In this document: positions 1 to 10,809 of the stretch, piece after piece
How the letters are laid out: each line of letters opens with the position of its first letter
Numbering within the stretch: the first letter of the stretch is position 1
NCBI GenBank assembly: GCA_049970055.1
Contig: JBMFNR010000001.1
Coordinates: 597,165 to 661,164 of the forward strand
Direction of reading: 5' to 3'
DNA from: Fervidobacterium sp.
GTDB taxonomy: Bacteria > Thermotogota > Thermotogae > Thermotogales > Fervidobacteriaceae
DNA length: 64,000 nucleotides
The notes under the pieces: model-generated
The model's input: the letters and a program-made list of their open reading frames with translations, nothing else
Told to the model about the DNA's origin: nothing
The model's database searches: none
Position numbers and translations under genes: made by a program

Positions 1-2212
1 GGCATCAGTAATAACTTTTACAAGCTCTACATCCTTTGCAGGCAATCAAATTTTTGTCAGATCACAGGATTTTTACGTTTCCGAGAGTATGGCGATTTTT
101 AAAGGTACTGTTTCTTTCGCTTGGGATAACTATAAACTGTATTGTGATGAAGCATCAGCAACAATAATTGATGGAAAAGTTAAATCGATTGAAGCGAGTG
201 GTGACGTAAAGTTTTACGATAAGGATAGACTCTACCGTGCTAGAAATCTAAGGTACGATTTTGAATCGGAAAAGGCTTTGATGGTTCAGGCAAAAACAGT
301 TTATAACTATAAATACAACAACAAGAATGTCCTAATATATGTTTATTCCTCAACGGTGGAGTACGATACTTCAAACTCTCTTGGCTTTCTTGAAAATTCC
401 TATATAACAACTTGCGATTTTGAAGAGCCGCATTATATGATACTTTCATCGGAGATATATGTGCTTGAGAATAAATACATCATAGCCAAGAACTCTTTCC
501 TTGTAGTCCTAGGGGTTCCTATTTTTCCCTATCCTTTGTATATCACAACACTTGAGGGGGTTCCTCCCTATTCATTCTCTATTTCATTTGGACAAACTTT
601 GAATATTAGTCAAACTTTCAGTTTTTTGGTGAATGATTGGGCAATTAGCATATCAACTGGATTTAACAATGTTTCTTTTAATTTCGAAGATACAAAAAAT
701 AAGCTTAACAAGTTAACTTACGATCAGGTTAAAAAGACAATTGAATTCTCTTTAGCAACTTTTACATACAGATACAGCAACGGGATTGTTTATTATAAAT
801 ACGATGGCCCCGTTTACCTGGAAGGTAACTATTACAATGATAGTAACTACTACCAAAAGTTAGGAATTAACCTTCAAAATCAAAATGTTTATGTAAGGCC
901 TTACATTATGTACGATGGAAAATTAAATGACACAGTAATATTACTTAACGGTGGTTTGAAAAATCTTTCTTTTAATTTATTCGCCGATAATATTCTAAAT
1001 TTAACTGCGGTTGATAGTACCTATAAACTACAGACAGACGGCTACTTATTTGAGCAAGATAGTTCAAAAATTTGGTCGATGTACTATAAAACTTTGTATG
1101 ATGTTTCTCTATCGAGTAAGTCAATAAATTATAACTTAAGCGTGAGCGGTAATGTGTACAAAAATGCTGAAAATAGAAACATATTGTACACCTTCCAATT
1201 TCCATGGAACTACAAAGACGGGCCATTTTCGCTTAATTTTAATTACACGTTCTCGGTAAAAAGTTTTTACAATTACGCTAACAGCAAAGCAATACAATCT
1301 TTGGGAACAACCGATAAATATACCGTAATCGGAAACTATTCATTTGGGCCATTTAAAACTTCTTTATCCTGGGATCAAACGTATAATTTTCTTGATGAAT
1401 CAACAACAACGAATAAGAATCTCGTAAAAATATCACTCGAATCAAATGCACAGGATATAGCTTTTTCCGTTAATAGGACCTGGGATGTTTTGAACGAGAA
1501 ATTGTTGCCAGATAATCTTACATTGCGTTATAGTCAAGTTTTCAGTGGATTTGAATTTAATGGAAGCTTAACTACATCGTACGATAATACCTTAAAAAAA
1601 ATTGGAAATGAAAATGTTTCGTTTGGTATTTCATGCAAACCTCTAACTTTAAGTTATACACTGCAATTTACTATTCAACCGGATAAACCTCTGGACGTGT
1701 TTGTACACACAATTAAGTACAGTAATCTTTCCATTACAGCATACCAGCAAGCAGATTATGTTAAAAATTTAATAGCCTCGGGCAGCTTTAATCTTTTCGA
1801 TTATAAATCGAATTTGAAACTGAACTATACAAAAACCTCAAAAGATGCCGAGCCAGTTTGGAATTTCACCTACACGATGGAGAAAAAAGATGAGAAATAC
1901 ACCCTGTCATACAACAATGACGGCAAGAAGACTTACAAAACCGAGATAAATCTTAAGACTTTCGATCCGTACATAAAACTCGGATTGACATTCAATCCTT
2001 CAACTAATTCATTGGACTATTTTTCGTTAAATATTGATAAATCTTTGCACTGTTGGAGGCTCAATTTTGGTGTGGACTTCACAAATAGGAACGCCACTAA
2101 CATCATAGACAATATAGATAAAATTTATATAAAATTCTACTTAACTGACATTACCGACAAATTCTTCGAATTTGATCCTAAAAATGGAACATTTAATTTC
2201 AGTGGGATGTGA
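1..2212 (+). CDS. LptD/OstA-like outer-membrane beta-barrel protein, 5'-truncated by the window edge
   Basis: Frame is open from base 2 to the ATG at 89. N-terminal beta-jellyroll-like region, LptD-type motif YITTCDFEEPHY, amphipathic beta-strand pattern, C-terminal LHCW. Confidence 0.65.
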   Translation, partial: ASVITFTSSTSFAGNQIFVRSQDFYVSESMAIFKGTVSFAWDNYKLYCDEASATIIDGKVKSIEASGDVKFYDKDRLYRARNLRYDFESEKALMVQAKTVYNYKYNNKNVLIYVYSSTVEYDTSNSLGFLENSYITTCDFEEPHYMILSSEIYVLENKYIIAKNSFLVVLGVPIFPYPLYITTLEGVPPYSFSISFGQTLNISQTFSFLVNDWAISISTGFNNVSFNFEDTKNKLNKLTYDQVKKTIEFSLATFTYRYSNGIVYYKYDGPVYLEGNYYNDSNYYQKLGINLQNQNVYVRPYIMYDGKLNDTVILLNGGLKNLSFNLFADNILNLTAVDSTYKLQTDGYLFEQDSSKIWSMYYKTLYDVSLSSKSINYNLSVSGNVYKNAENRNILYTFQFPWNYKDGPFSLNFNYTFSVKSFYNYANSKAIQSLGTTDKYTVIGNYSFGPFKTSLSWDQTYNFLDESTTTNKNLVKISLESNAQDIAFSVNRTWDVLNEKLLPDNLTLRYSQVFSGFEFNGSLTTSYDNTLKKIGNENVSFGISCKPLTLSYTLQFTIQPDKPLDVFVHTIKYSNLSITAYQQADYVKNLIASGSFNLFDYKSNLKLNYTKTSKDAEPVWNFTYTMEKKDEKYTLSYNNDGKKTYKTEINLKTFDPYIKLGLTFNPSTNSLDYFSLNIDKSLHCWRLNFGVDFTNRNATNIIDNIDKIYIKFYLTDITDKFFEFDPKNGTFNFSGM

Positions 2213-3546
2213 TATTTTTGAGCACAGAGTTGCTTGAAAGATTTACCAAAGTATTGGAGCGGTACCTATCAAAAGGCTCTTCCATATTACTCGCAGTCTC
2301 CGGTGGTGTAGATTCCATTGTTATGCTTGACCTTTTTGATAGAGCAAAGCGACTGTTTAATTTAAGGATTGCAGTTGCAACATTTAATCATAAGCTAAGA
2401 AAAGAGGCATATGATGAGGTTCTTTTTGTTGAAAGCATATGCTATGCAAGAAATATTGATTTTTTCAAAGGCGAAGGTGATGTGAAAGAATATGCAGAAA
2501 AAAACAAACTTTCAACGGAAGAAGCTGCGCGGATATTACGTTATGATTTTTTAAATGCTATAGCTCAGAGATACAGCTTTGGATATATAGCTACAGCGCA
2601 TAACTCTAACGATTTGCTCGAGACGATGATTTTACGTTTAGTGAAAGGTACAGGTCCCTTTGGTTTGGCGGCAATTAAACCATTGAGCGGAAAATATTTA
2701 AGACCGCTTTTATTTTTTTCAAGAGAGGAACTAGAAAATTACGCAAATCAGATGGGATTAAAATACGTTGTTGATAAATCCAATTTCGACATTCAATACA
2801 ACAGAAATTTCCTACGGCACAAAGTTATTCCACTGTTGAAAGAAATCAATCCTTCAGTTGAAGATGCGTCACTAAAGCTTGCCAAAAGTATCTGGGAACT
2901 TGATGATTATATCGAGAATACTTTAAGATCACTGTCAAAAGATGTTACTAAAATTGCGGGTAGGGTTATATTCAAGCTTTTGGATGATGAATATTTGCAA
3001 ATAGAACAAATTCGAAGGGAGGCACTTTCTTTTTTCGGGAAGCCTGTAGATTTTGAAAAGCTTGAGAGGTTTAAAAAAACCAAGAAAACAGGTAAAACTT
3101 CCTTTAAAATATCCTTGTGGGGAAATCTTGGTATTGAAATTTCTTATGGTTGGTGTATGATGGGAGATATACACAATTATCCAGCGTATGAACACGTTGT
3201 CTGCTTGGATCAAAAAGCTGATAAGAAAAGTATAAATGTAAACGGCTACTTTATAACTTTTAGTTATTGTGATATAATCTCTAATAGGCTCAGCGAAATT
3301 TGTCTGAAAGTCCGAAATTGGAAAGAAGGCGATAGAGTAGCCAGCGAAAAGAAGGTTAAGGAAATATTCTCCAAGAAAAAATTGCCTACTTTTGTTAGAA
3401 AGTTGATACCAGTTGTGGTATTTCAAGACTTCCATCAGAAGAAAGAGGTAGTTGTTTATATTCCGTACGTATATGAAGGAAAGGATTTCTTAAAAGAATA
3501 CGGAATATCGATCGAAGCGAAAGGAGGTTTGCATTTTGAATCGTAA
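2209..3546 (+). CDS. tilS: tRNA(Ile)-lysidine synthase
   Basis: PP-loop AVSGGVDS, EEAARILRY, ATAHNSND, YNRNFLRH; lies upstream of ftsH. Confidence 0.95.
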   Translation: MIFLSTELLERFTKVLERYLSKGSSILLAVSGGVDSIVMLDLFDRAKRLFNLRIAVATFNHKLRKEAYDEVLFVESICYARNIDFFKGEGDVKEYAEKNKLSTEEAARILRYDFLNAIAQRYSFGYIATAHNSNDLLETMILRLVKGTGPFGLAAIKPLSGKYLRPLLFFSREELENYANQMGLKYVVDKSNFDIQYNRNFLRHKVIPLLKEINPSVEDASLKLAKSIWELDDYIENTLRSLSKDVTKIAGRVIFKLLDDEYLQIEQIRREALSFFGKPVDFEKLERFKKTKKTGKTSFKISLWGNLGIEISYGWCMMGDIHNYPAYEHVVCLDQKADKKSINVNGYFITFSYCDIISNRLSEICLKVRNWKEGDRVASEKKVKEIFSKKKLPTFVRKLIPVVVFQDFHQKKEVVVYIPYVYEGKDFLKEYGISIEAKGGLHFES

Positions 3547-5380
3547 CATAGGATCTATAATTTTTCTCATACTCATAGCCTTAAGTTTGTTTTGGATTTA
3601 CGAAGGATTTATAAACACAAGAACTGGTATTGAGCTTAACATGAGTTACAGCGATTTTATTAAGCGTTTAGGTAACGGCGAGACGGATATAGCCGAGGTA
3701 ATTATAAAAGACGATGGAAATCTGAGTGTTACTACCAAGCAAGGACGTTCTTATTCGATTTATGCACCATGGTTTAGATACGATGTTGAGACTATAAATA
3801 AACTGGTTGATTACGGAATAGTAGTTCAAGCTGAGAAGGTAACAGACAGTACTTTTTGGGTGAATGTTGTCGGTAATATAGCAATGTTTGTTATAACACT
3901 ACTTTTGTTCGCCTTCATCATAAGAGGTCTTGGAAGGGGCAATAATCAAGCATTTACATTTACAAAAAGTAGGGCCGAGAAAGTGGGGCCAAATAAAATC
4001 AAAGTAACATTCAAAGATGTAGCTGGTGTGGACGAAGCCGTTGAGGAATTGAAGGAAACTGTAGAATTTTTGAAAAATCCTGGTAAATTCGCAAAGCTAG
4101 GTGCTAGAATGCCAAAAGGTATCTTACTTGTTGGACCTCCGGGCACTGGTAAAACACTACTTGCTCGTGCTGTTGCAGGGGAAGCCAATGTTCCGTTTTT
4201 TCATATCAGTGGTTCAGATTTTGTAGAACTTTTTGTCGGTGTGGGAGCGGCAAGAGTTAGAGATCTATTTGAACAAGCGAAAGCAAGTGCACCTTGTATA
4301 GTGTTTATTGACGAAATCGACGCGGTTGGTAGACACAGGGGAGCAGGTCTTGGTGGTGGACATGATGAAAGGGAACAGACATTGAACCAATTACTCGTTG
4401 AGATGGATGGCTTCGATGTTAATCAGGGTATAGTTGTTATGGCAGCTACCAATAGACCTGATATACTTGATCCTGCATTACTAAGGCCTGGAAGGTTTGA
4501 TAAAAAAGTGGTAGTTGATCCACCGGATGTAAAGGGTCGGGAAGCTATATTGAAGATACACCTTAGGAACAAGCCAGTTGACAAGGATGTCGATGTTTCA
4601 GTGCTTGCAAAACGGACAACAGGTTTCGTAGGTGCTGATTTAGAAAATCTGGTCAACGAAGCTGCACTACTAGCTGCAAGAGAAGGGAGAAATATAATTA
4701 AAATGAATGACTTTGAGGAGGCCATTGATAGAGTAATAGCGGGACCTGCAAGGAAATCAAGAGTTATTTCGGAAAAACAAAAGAGGATTGTGGCGTATCA
4801 TGAAGTTGGACACGCGATTATAAGTTCTTCTTTACCGAACTCAGACCCAGTACACAGAATATCGATAACACCGCGTGGCTATGCGGCACTCGGATACACC
4901 TTACATTTGCCTGCTGAAGATAAATACCTCGTAAGCAAGAATGAATTACTTGATACTATAACCACACTGCTTGGTGGAAGAGCAGCTGAAGAATTGACTT
5001 TTGGAGACTTTACAAGTGGTGCTGCAAATGATATTGAGAGAGCGACGGAAATCGCAAGGAAGATGGTATGTGAATACGGAATGAGTGACAATTTTGGACC
5101 TCTGGCGTGGGGAAAAACGGAACAGGAAGTATTCCTTGGCAAAGAGCTCACAAGAATAAGAAATTACAGTGAAGAAGTTGCAAAGATGATAGACCATGAA
5201 ATACAACATATCATAAAAACATGTTACGATAGAGCGAAAGACATACTTATTAAAAATCGCGAAAAAATGGAGCAGATTGTGGCTGTGTTGCTTGAGCGTG
5301 AAGTGATGAGTGGAGAAGAACTCAGGGCGATGCTAAATGGTAATGAAAAAGGGTTTGAAGATCAACCACAACAAGTATAA
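3536..5380 (+). CDS. ftsH: ATP-dependent zinc metalloprotease FtsH
   Basis: Two N-terminal TM helices, [22 protein letters not shown] zinc motif. Confidence 0.98.
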   Translation: MNRNIGSIIFLILIALSLFWIYEGFINTRTGIELNMSYSDFIKRLGNGETDIAEVIIKDDGNLSVTTKQGRSYSIYAPWFRYDVETINKLVDYGIVVQAEKVTDSTFWVNVVGNIAMFVITLLLFAFIIRGLGRGNNQAFTFTKSRAEKVGPNKIKVTFKDVAGVDEAVEELKETVEFLKNPGKFAKLGARMPKGILLVGPPGTGKTLLARAVAGEANVPFFHISGSDFVELFVGVGAARVRDLFEQAKASAPCIVFIDEIDAVGRHRGAGLGGGHDEREQTLNQLLVEMDGFDVNQGIVVMAATNRPDILDPALLRPGRFDKKVVVDPPDVKGREAILKIHLRNKPVDKDVDVSVLAKRTTGFVGADLENLVNEAALLAAREGRNIIKMNDFEEAIDRVIAGPARKSRVISEKQKRIVAYHEVGHAIISSSLPNSDPVHRISITPRGYAALGYTLHLPAEDKYLVSKNELLDTITTLLGGRAAEELTFGDFTSGAANDIERATEIARKMVCEYGMSDNFGPLAWGKTEQEVFLGKELTRIRNYSEEVAKMIDHEIQHIIKTCYDRAKDILIKNREKMEQIVAVLLEREVMSGEELRAMLNGNEKGFEDQPQQV

Positions 5381-5430
5381 CCATGTGTATTTATGTTACT
5401 TACTTTTTGATACATACGGGGGGATAACTT

Positions 5431-5832
5431 GTGAATGAGAATTTAAATAGTCTTCTTGGTCTAAATAAGTCTATGGAAATTGTTTCTGACGAATCCTTGG
5501 TGTGGGATGAAGACGATGAACTGTCACATTTGCATCTTGTATCGACTTCCGGCTTATTAAAAGAGATTAATTATGTTACTGGAATGTTTTTAAATCAATA
5601 TCTTGAAGAGGAAAGTATATCAGTTGTCATATACAGTGATATTAGTCATTTAAAACCTGTTGTTGTTGGTGAAAGATTAGTTGTAGGTGTTAGAGTTGTT
5701 CAAGTCGAAAACAATATCGTCACATTTAAAGCTATAATTATGAAAGAATCAGTAAAGATTGCTGAGGCAACGGTAAAAAGGGCAGTGGTGTCGAAGAATT
5801 ACTTGAGAAGAAAAGCTTTAGAACAGATGTAA
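5431..5832 (+). CDS. Hotdog-fold thioesterase, FlK-like
   Basis: LVST...ISHLKPVVVG pattern, 133 aa, SD GGGGG. Confidence 0.7.
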   Translation: MNENLNSLLGLNKSMEIVSDESLVWDEDDELSHLHLVSTSGLLKEINYVTGMFLNQYLEEESISVVIYSDISHLKPVVVGERLVVGVRVVQVENNIVTFKAIIMKESVKIAEATVKRAVVSKNYLRRKALEQM

Positions 5833-5851
5833 TAAATACTTGGAGGTAACG

Positions 5852-7267
5852 ATGCGAAGGCCAAAAGATGAAGAATCATTTAAGGAATACAGTTATGTTC
5901 AGAAAATGAGAGCGACGGAAAAGATTTTAGAAAATATATCGGGCAACCTCCCAAAGGTTGCCCTTATTTTTCCGAACGGATATGAAATTGCTAGCAGTTC
6001 TTTAGCCTGGAGCTGGGTTCAACAACTTTTATGTAAAAAAGGCATAGGTGTAGAAAGATTTTTTTACGAACCTTGGTTCAAGAGATTTTATTCTCTTGAA
6101 AGTCAAAAACCACTCGACGAGTTTCCCATATGGATGTTCACATTACAATTCGAAAACGATTTGTTAAACATTGCAGATATTTTGGTAAAACGAGGCATTC
6201 CATTGAATTCCGCCGATCGATTTGATTATCATCCACTCATTATTATAGGTGGACCAGTTACGTTATTTAATTACAAAGTTGTTGAAGATCTTGCAGATTT
6301 TGTATTTGTAGGCGATCTGGAATGTTCGGTGGAAGAATTCTCTAATGCGCTTGACACTTTCAGTGAAAGTAGATCAATCGATGAATTCTTGAAAGTTAAA
6401 CGAGTCTATTCTAAAAAATTTGGTAAAATTAACTTTGAAAAGTGCTTTGGAAAATTAACTCCAGTTCCTTATTCACACTACATTACAAGTAGATCCACGT
6501 TTAAGAATAAACTTCTAGTGGAAGTCGGAAGAGGTTGTATTTGGCGTTGTGCATTTTGTGTAACTGGGTATACAAAAAAGCCTGTTAAATTTGCTAATCT
6601 CAATGATGTATTGGAATTGATGGAAAGGTACAAAGAGCTTGAGTTCGGTTTAATAAGTGCTTCAATTACTGATTACCCGTACCTAAATGAATTATTGGAG
6701 TTCGTCGAAAGAAATAATATAAGATTTTCGGTCTCATCTATGAGAATCGATAAGGTAAGTTATAAATTACTTGATTTACTAAAAAGGACAGACCACCAAT
6801 CGTTTACAGTTGCTCCAGAGGGAATATCACAAAAAATGCGTGATATTATGATAAAGGATCTAACGGCAGATAAGATAATCCATGGTTTACGTATTGGGCG
6901 AGAAGTAGGTTTTGAGAGTGTTAAACTTTACTACATAATCGGACTTGAAGAGGAAAGTGACGATGATTACAAAGAGTTCTTTGGGTTCATAAAAGACATA
7001 CAAAAAATGGGTTATAAGAATATAACACTTAGTATAAACCCACTTGTTCCGAAACCTATGACGCCGTTTGAGAAAAGATCTATTATCTCGAAAAAAGACT
7101 ACGAAGAACGGATGGTATTTATAAAGAAAAATCTGCACAAAAATGTTAAAATAAATTTTGAAAGCTACAAGGAAAGTCTCGTTCAATACGAACTATCAAG
7201 TCTAAAAGGTATTGAAACAATCGAATATTTAATAAATCATATCAAAAAAGAACAAAGTAAAGCATAG
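5852..7267 (+). CDS. Radical SAM protein (B12-binding-like N-terminus)
   Basis: GRGCIWRCAFC CxxxCxxC motif, APEG, VPKPMTPF; start moved to the ATG after GGAGG. Confidence 0.85.
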   Translation: MRRPKDEESFKEYSYVQKMRATEKILENISGNLPKVALIFPNGYEIASSSLAWSWVQQLLCKKGIGVERFFYEPWFKRFYSLESQKPLDEFPIWMFTLQFENDLLNIADILVKRGIPLNSADRFDYHPLIIIGGPVTLFNYKVVEDLADFVFVGDLECSVEEFSNALDTFSESRSIDEFLKVKRVYSKKFGKINFEKCFGKLTPVPYSHYITSRSTFKNKLLVEVGRGCIWRCAFCVTGYTKKPVKFANLNDVLELMERYKELEFGLISASITDYPYLNELLEFVERNNIRFSVSSMRIDKVSYKLLDLLKRTDHQSFTVAPEGISQKMRDIMIKDLTADKIIHGLRIGREVGFESVKLYYIIGLEEESDDDYKEFFGFIKDIQKMGYKNITLSINPLVPKPMTPFEKRSIISKKDYEERMVFIKKNLHKNVKINFESYKESLVQYELSSLKGIETIEYLINHIKKEQSKA

Positions 7268-7291
7268 AGTATAAAAAACACCACTCTATGC
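7262..7291. terminator. Hairpin between convergent genes
   Basis: GCATAGAGT...ACTCTATGC inverted repeat. Confidence 0.55.
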
Positions 7292-7307
7292 ATTACTTAG
7301 AGTTTTT

Positions 7308-7418
7308 TTATGGATATCCCTTAAGCCTAATGTTTAATAAAAATTGTAGTTTCATGAGAAGAAATACAATTACAATCAGAATAATCATTACAGCTATAGT
7401 TACGCTTCCTCTTCGCAT
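7308..7418 (-). CDS. Small 36-aa membrane peptide, not in the ORF track
   Basis: MRRGSVTIAVMIILIVIVFLLMKLQFLLNIRLKGYP; AAGGGA upstream; starts 9 nt after the GH13 stop. Confidence 0.5.
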   Translation of the reverse strand: MRRGSVTIAVMIILIVIVFLLMKLQFLLNIRLKGYP

Positions 7419-7427
7419 AATCCCTTA

Positions 7428-8852
7428 TCAGTATATCCTTTTGTACTGATTGTAATTTCCTTTTGTCTTGTTTGTGGCCTTTAATATTCTGAACCCCTTC
7501 GAAGGTATGTTAAATCTGAGCACACCACCGACAATCCAAAATTCCTCTTGTGTGAATAAATCAACAAAACATGTGCCAGCAAGTAATCTACCGTCTGGTA
7601 CCGATACAGCAATCTCTTGTTTGCCCGATTTGTTAATTGCAACGACTATGTCATCGAGTACATAAGGGGTCCTTCTGAGAAAGACAAATGGTTCATCGTT
7701 AAGAACTTCGAAAGTACCAATCTTTAAGGCAGTCTGTGTCTTTCTTATTTCAATAATTTTTTTATAAAATCCCAAAAGTTCCCTATCCCATCTATCTTCA
7801 TCCCAAACCATAGCAGCTCTGTTTTCTGGATCCGCTCCACCTTGCATTCCTATTTCGCTACCGTAATAGATAAATGGAACACCAGGATAAGTGAATTGTA
7901 GAATAATTGCAAGTTTCCTTAAAGATTTCTCAGGTATAACCGTAGCAATACGAGGTGTATCGTGGCTATCAAGCATGTTCCAACAACCATATATGTTAGG
8001 AGTTAAATTGTAAGCACTTTGAAGTGGCTGTGTAATATTCTTTAATTCGCCTTTTAACCAGCCTACAACACTTTCTCTGAAATGGTAGTTCATAATACCA
8101 TCGACAACTTCCCAATTCGATGGGAAATTCCAAGTTTCTGCTACAACATATTTTTCGACAGAAACAGCTTTAGCTCTTGCAGTGATTAGTGCTGTATTAA
8201 CGTATCCAAGATCAAATGCAACATCCAAACGCCAACCATCAATACCTAGTTTTAAATAATGTTCAACAACGCTTAAAAGATATTCCCGTACGGTTGTCTC
8301 CTCCCAATTCCACTCTGGCATATCTTGAACACCTTGCCATGATCTGTAACCATTTTTGTATATGGAAAATTTTGCAATATGCCTTTTATCTCCCTTAAGT
8401 GCCCTTTTAAACCATTTATTCTCTTTGCTTAGGTGATTGAACACACCGTCGAGCATTACTCTGAAGTTATTTTCTTTAGCTGCTTTTAAATAGAACTTAA
8501 AAGCGCGTTCGCCTCCAAATTGAGGGTCAATTTTCATATAATCTATCGTATCGTACTTGTGGTTTGATGGTGACAAGAAAATAGGAGTTGTGTAGATAAG
8601 GTTTACCCCGAGGTCCCTTAAATAATCAAGCTTTTCCGCTATTCCCCATAAGTCTCCACCGTAGAATTCGAAACAATGTTCAATGTTTGGTTTGTGTTTC
8701 GGTAACACGTACCAATCTGCTATTTTCCCTCCACGCGATGTGTAAAGCTGTGTTTTATCATGTACACTTTTCCCTTTACCTATAGCAAATCTGTCTGGAA
8801 AAATTTGGTAAATCACCGATTCGTATACCCAACTTGGTAATGGATAATGCAT
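7428..8852 (-). CDS. GH13 alpha-amylase family (cyclomaltodextrinase/neopullulanase-like, cytoplasmic)
   Basis: YQIFPDRF, YGGDLWG, DGVFNH, DGWRLDVA, AETW, DSHD. Confidence 0.9.
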   Translation of the reverse strand: MHYPLPSWVYESVIYQIFPDRFAIGKGKSVHDKTQLYTSRGGKIADWYVLPKHKPNIEHCFEFYGGDLWGIAEKLDYLRDLGVNLIYTTPIFLSPSNHKYDTIDYMKIDPQFGGERAFKFYLKAAKENNFRVMLDGVFNHLSKENKWFKRALKGDKRHIAKFSIYKNGYRSWQGVQDMPEWNWEETTVREYLLSVVEHYLKLGIDGWRLDVAFDLGYVNTALITARAKAVSVEKYVVAETWNFPSNWEVVDGIMNYHFRESVVGWLKGELKNITQPLQSAYNLTPNIYGCWNMLDSHDTPRIATVIPEKSLRKLAIILQFTYPGVPFIYYGSEIGMQGGADPENRAAMVWDEDRWDRELLGFYKKIIEIRKTQTALKIGTFEVLNDEPFVFLRRTPYVLDDIVVAINKSGKQEIAVSVPDGRLLAGTCFVDLFTQEEFWIVGGVLRFNIPSKGFRILKATNKTKGNYNQYKRIY

Positions 8853-8973
8853 ACTATGACACACTCCTCTTCACTAGTTTGTTAATTTACATAAAACTTG
8901 CGTACATAAAATTATAGCATAATTATTTATACGGTTCCACACATATAGTGTACTCTGACAGTTGAGTGAATAG

Positions 8974-9001
8974 TTGAACAACGCTATTTGTGTGGTATAA
9001 T
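8974..9001 (+). promoter_or_regulatory. Sigma-70-type promoter of pyrBI
   Basis: TTGAAC-N16-TATAAT with extended -10 (TGTGGTATAAT). Confidence 0.6.
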
Positions 9002-9068
9002 ACTCTGGAAGCTTAAAAAGTTAAATTAAAAAGAAAAGATCCTAAACTAAAAACGTGGGGGGAAGTAT

Positions 9069-10643
9069 ATGAAATATGATTTTCTAAGCCGAACGCTTGC
9101 CGTTATCAACGATTTTTCAGTCCAAGAGCAACTTTTTTTGTACAGTAACACGAAACGACTGAAAGAAAAAGTAAAAAGCAAGGAAGATATTTCAGAATTT
9201 CAAATTAAGAAGGATACGAGTATCTACATAGTTTTTGTTGAACCGTCAACGCGTACCAAAGAATCATTCATAAATGCCGCAAAATTCCACAAAAACGCAA
9301 AAGTAAACATCTTCGATTCTGAGCACTCCTCGTTCAATAAGCAAGAAAGTTATGTTGATACGTTTAATATGCTTACGGGCTACAGTGAATACTCCATTTT
9401 TATTTTGAGAACACGACTAGAAGGAGTAGTAAGGCTTTTGGAGCAAAAAGTTGGCGAATTTTCAAACAGACATGGTATAGAAAGACCCGCTTTCATCAAC
9501 GGTGGAGACGGAAAACATGAGCATCCAACACAAGAATTATTAGACGAATTTACGTTTCTTGAACAGATGAAGTTTGATAATTCCCACATAAGAATAGCGT
9601 TGGTTGGTGATTTATTGCACGGAAGGACTGTTCATTCAAAAGCAGATGGATTAAAGGTATTCAGAAATGTAGAAGTTGATTTAATCGCTCCTGAAGAACT
9701 CCAAATGCCAAGAAGTTACATTGAAAAAATGAAAAGGAACGGTTTTGAAGTAAGAATATATAATTCAATAGATGAATATCTTTCAGCAACTACTCCCGCA
9801 TCTATATGGTATTTCACACGGCTTCAACTTGAACGAATGGGTGAAGATATACTTGAAAAAGCTCCACTATTAAAAAAAGCGGTGACGTTCAGAAAAGATA
9901 TGCTCGAAAAAATCCCACAGGGTACAAAATTTTATCATCCACTCCCAAGACCAAAAATTGACCCTGAGATACCTACATTCCTAGATACCCTTCCTTTGAA
10001 CGGTTGGGAAGATCAAGCGATAAATGGATACTGGGTAAGGGTTGTCTTGCTCTCAATGCTTGGAGGTGCATTAATTGCAGATTTTGATACTACTGTAAAA
10101 AAACAAGAATTAGATGATAATTTTATCGTTCCTGCACTTATTGTTGATGGTATGAAGGGTGTTGAGAAGGAAGGAAAGAGAGGCATTAAACCTATAGATA
10201 ACGGTACAGTTATTGATCATATTGCAAAGGGAAAGTCAACAGATGAAATATACAACACAATAATCAAAATCAGAAGGATATTGAGGTTATATGACGTGGA
10301 CAGTGCGGATGGAATTTTCAAATCTGCCGATGGGAATTACAAAGGTTACATAAGCCTTCCAGACAGATACCTATCTTTCAAAGAGATAAAAAAACTTGCA
10401 GCAATATCACCTAACACGACGGTAAACATAATTAAAAACAGGAAAGTTGTCGAAAAATATCGATTGCAGTTGCCTCCGAAAATATACAATTTCGATGAGA
10501 TAAGGTGTAAAAACGAAAACTGCATTACTAATCCTGCGCACGGTGAACCCGTAAGTGCTTCATTTGTACAAATTGATGGTAAATTTGTATGTGAGTATTG
10601 TGAAACTGTCCATGAATATCACGAAATATGGAACGTAAAGTAA
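9069..10643 (+). CDS. pyrBI: Fused aspartate carbamoyltransferase catalytic/regulatory chain
   Basis: EPSTRT, HPTQ, HPLPR; C-terminal PyrI domain GTVIDHI and zinc cysteines CKNENC/CEYC. Confidence 0.95.
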   Translation: MKYDFLSRTLAVINDFSVQEQLFLYSNTKRLKEKVKSKEDISEFQIKKDTSIYIVFVEPSTRTKESFINAAKFHKNAKVNIFDSEHSSFNKQESYVDTFNMLTGYSEYSIFILRTRLEGVVRLLEQKVGEFSNRHGIERPAFINGGDGKHEHPTQELLDEFTFLEQMKFDNSHIRIALVGDLLHGRTVHSKADGLKVFRNVEVDLIAPEELQMPRSYIEKMKRNGFEVRIYNSIDEYLSATTPASIWYFTRLQLERMGEDILEKAPLLKKAVTFRKDMLEKIPQGTKFYHPLPRPKIDPEIPTFLDTLPLNGWEDQAINGYWVRVVLLSMLGGALIADFDTTVKKQELDDNFIVPALIVDGMKGVEKEGKRGIKPIDNGTVIDHIAKGKSTDEIYNTIIKIRRILRLYDVDSADGIFKSADGNYKGYISLPDRYLSFKEIKKLAAISPNTTVNIIKNRKVVEKYRLQLPPKIYNFDEIRCKNENCITNPAHGEPVSASFVQIDGKFVCEYCETVHEYHEIWNVK

Positions 10644-10662
10644 ATAACAATGACGCCAGCAA

Positions 10663-10692
10663 AATGCCCAAGCGAAATACTTGGGCATCTTT
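10663..10692 (+). terminator. pyrBI terminator
   Basis: ATGCCCAAG...CTTGGGCAT followed by CTTT. Confidence 0.7.
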
Positions 10693-10715
10693 ATTAATAT
10701 CTTGAAGTCATTTTA

Positions 10716-10797
10716 ATAAAAAAGCTCCCCGGTTAGGAACCGGGGTGGGAAGGTGTGGTGGCCGTTGTGAGGTCGAGTCCTCACTATGTATGCATTC
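10716..10797 (-). ncRNA. Candidate C-rich small RNA, or structured 3'UTR of the hydCBA-rex transcript
   Basis: TATAAT at 10806-10801; 5' hairpin GUGAGG/CCUCAC; unpaired AACGGCCACCACACCUUCCCA; terminator CCCCGGUU/AACCGGGG plus U-tract. Confidence 0.5.
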
Positions 10798-10809
10798 TTC
10801 ATTATAACT

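Noticed and set aside
3946..5209. Antisense ORFs within ftsH (and similar ones in hydB, GH94, the SBPs, aspA and the MCP)
   Set aside because: Typical shadow ORFs opposite well-conserved genes, with no SD or motifs
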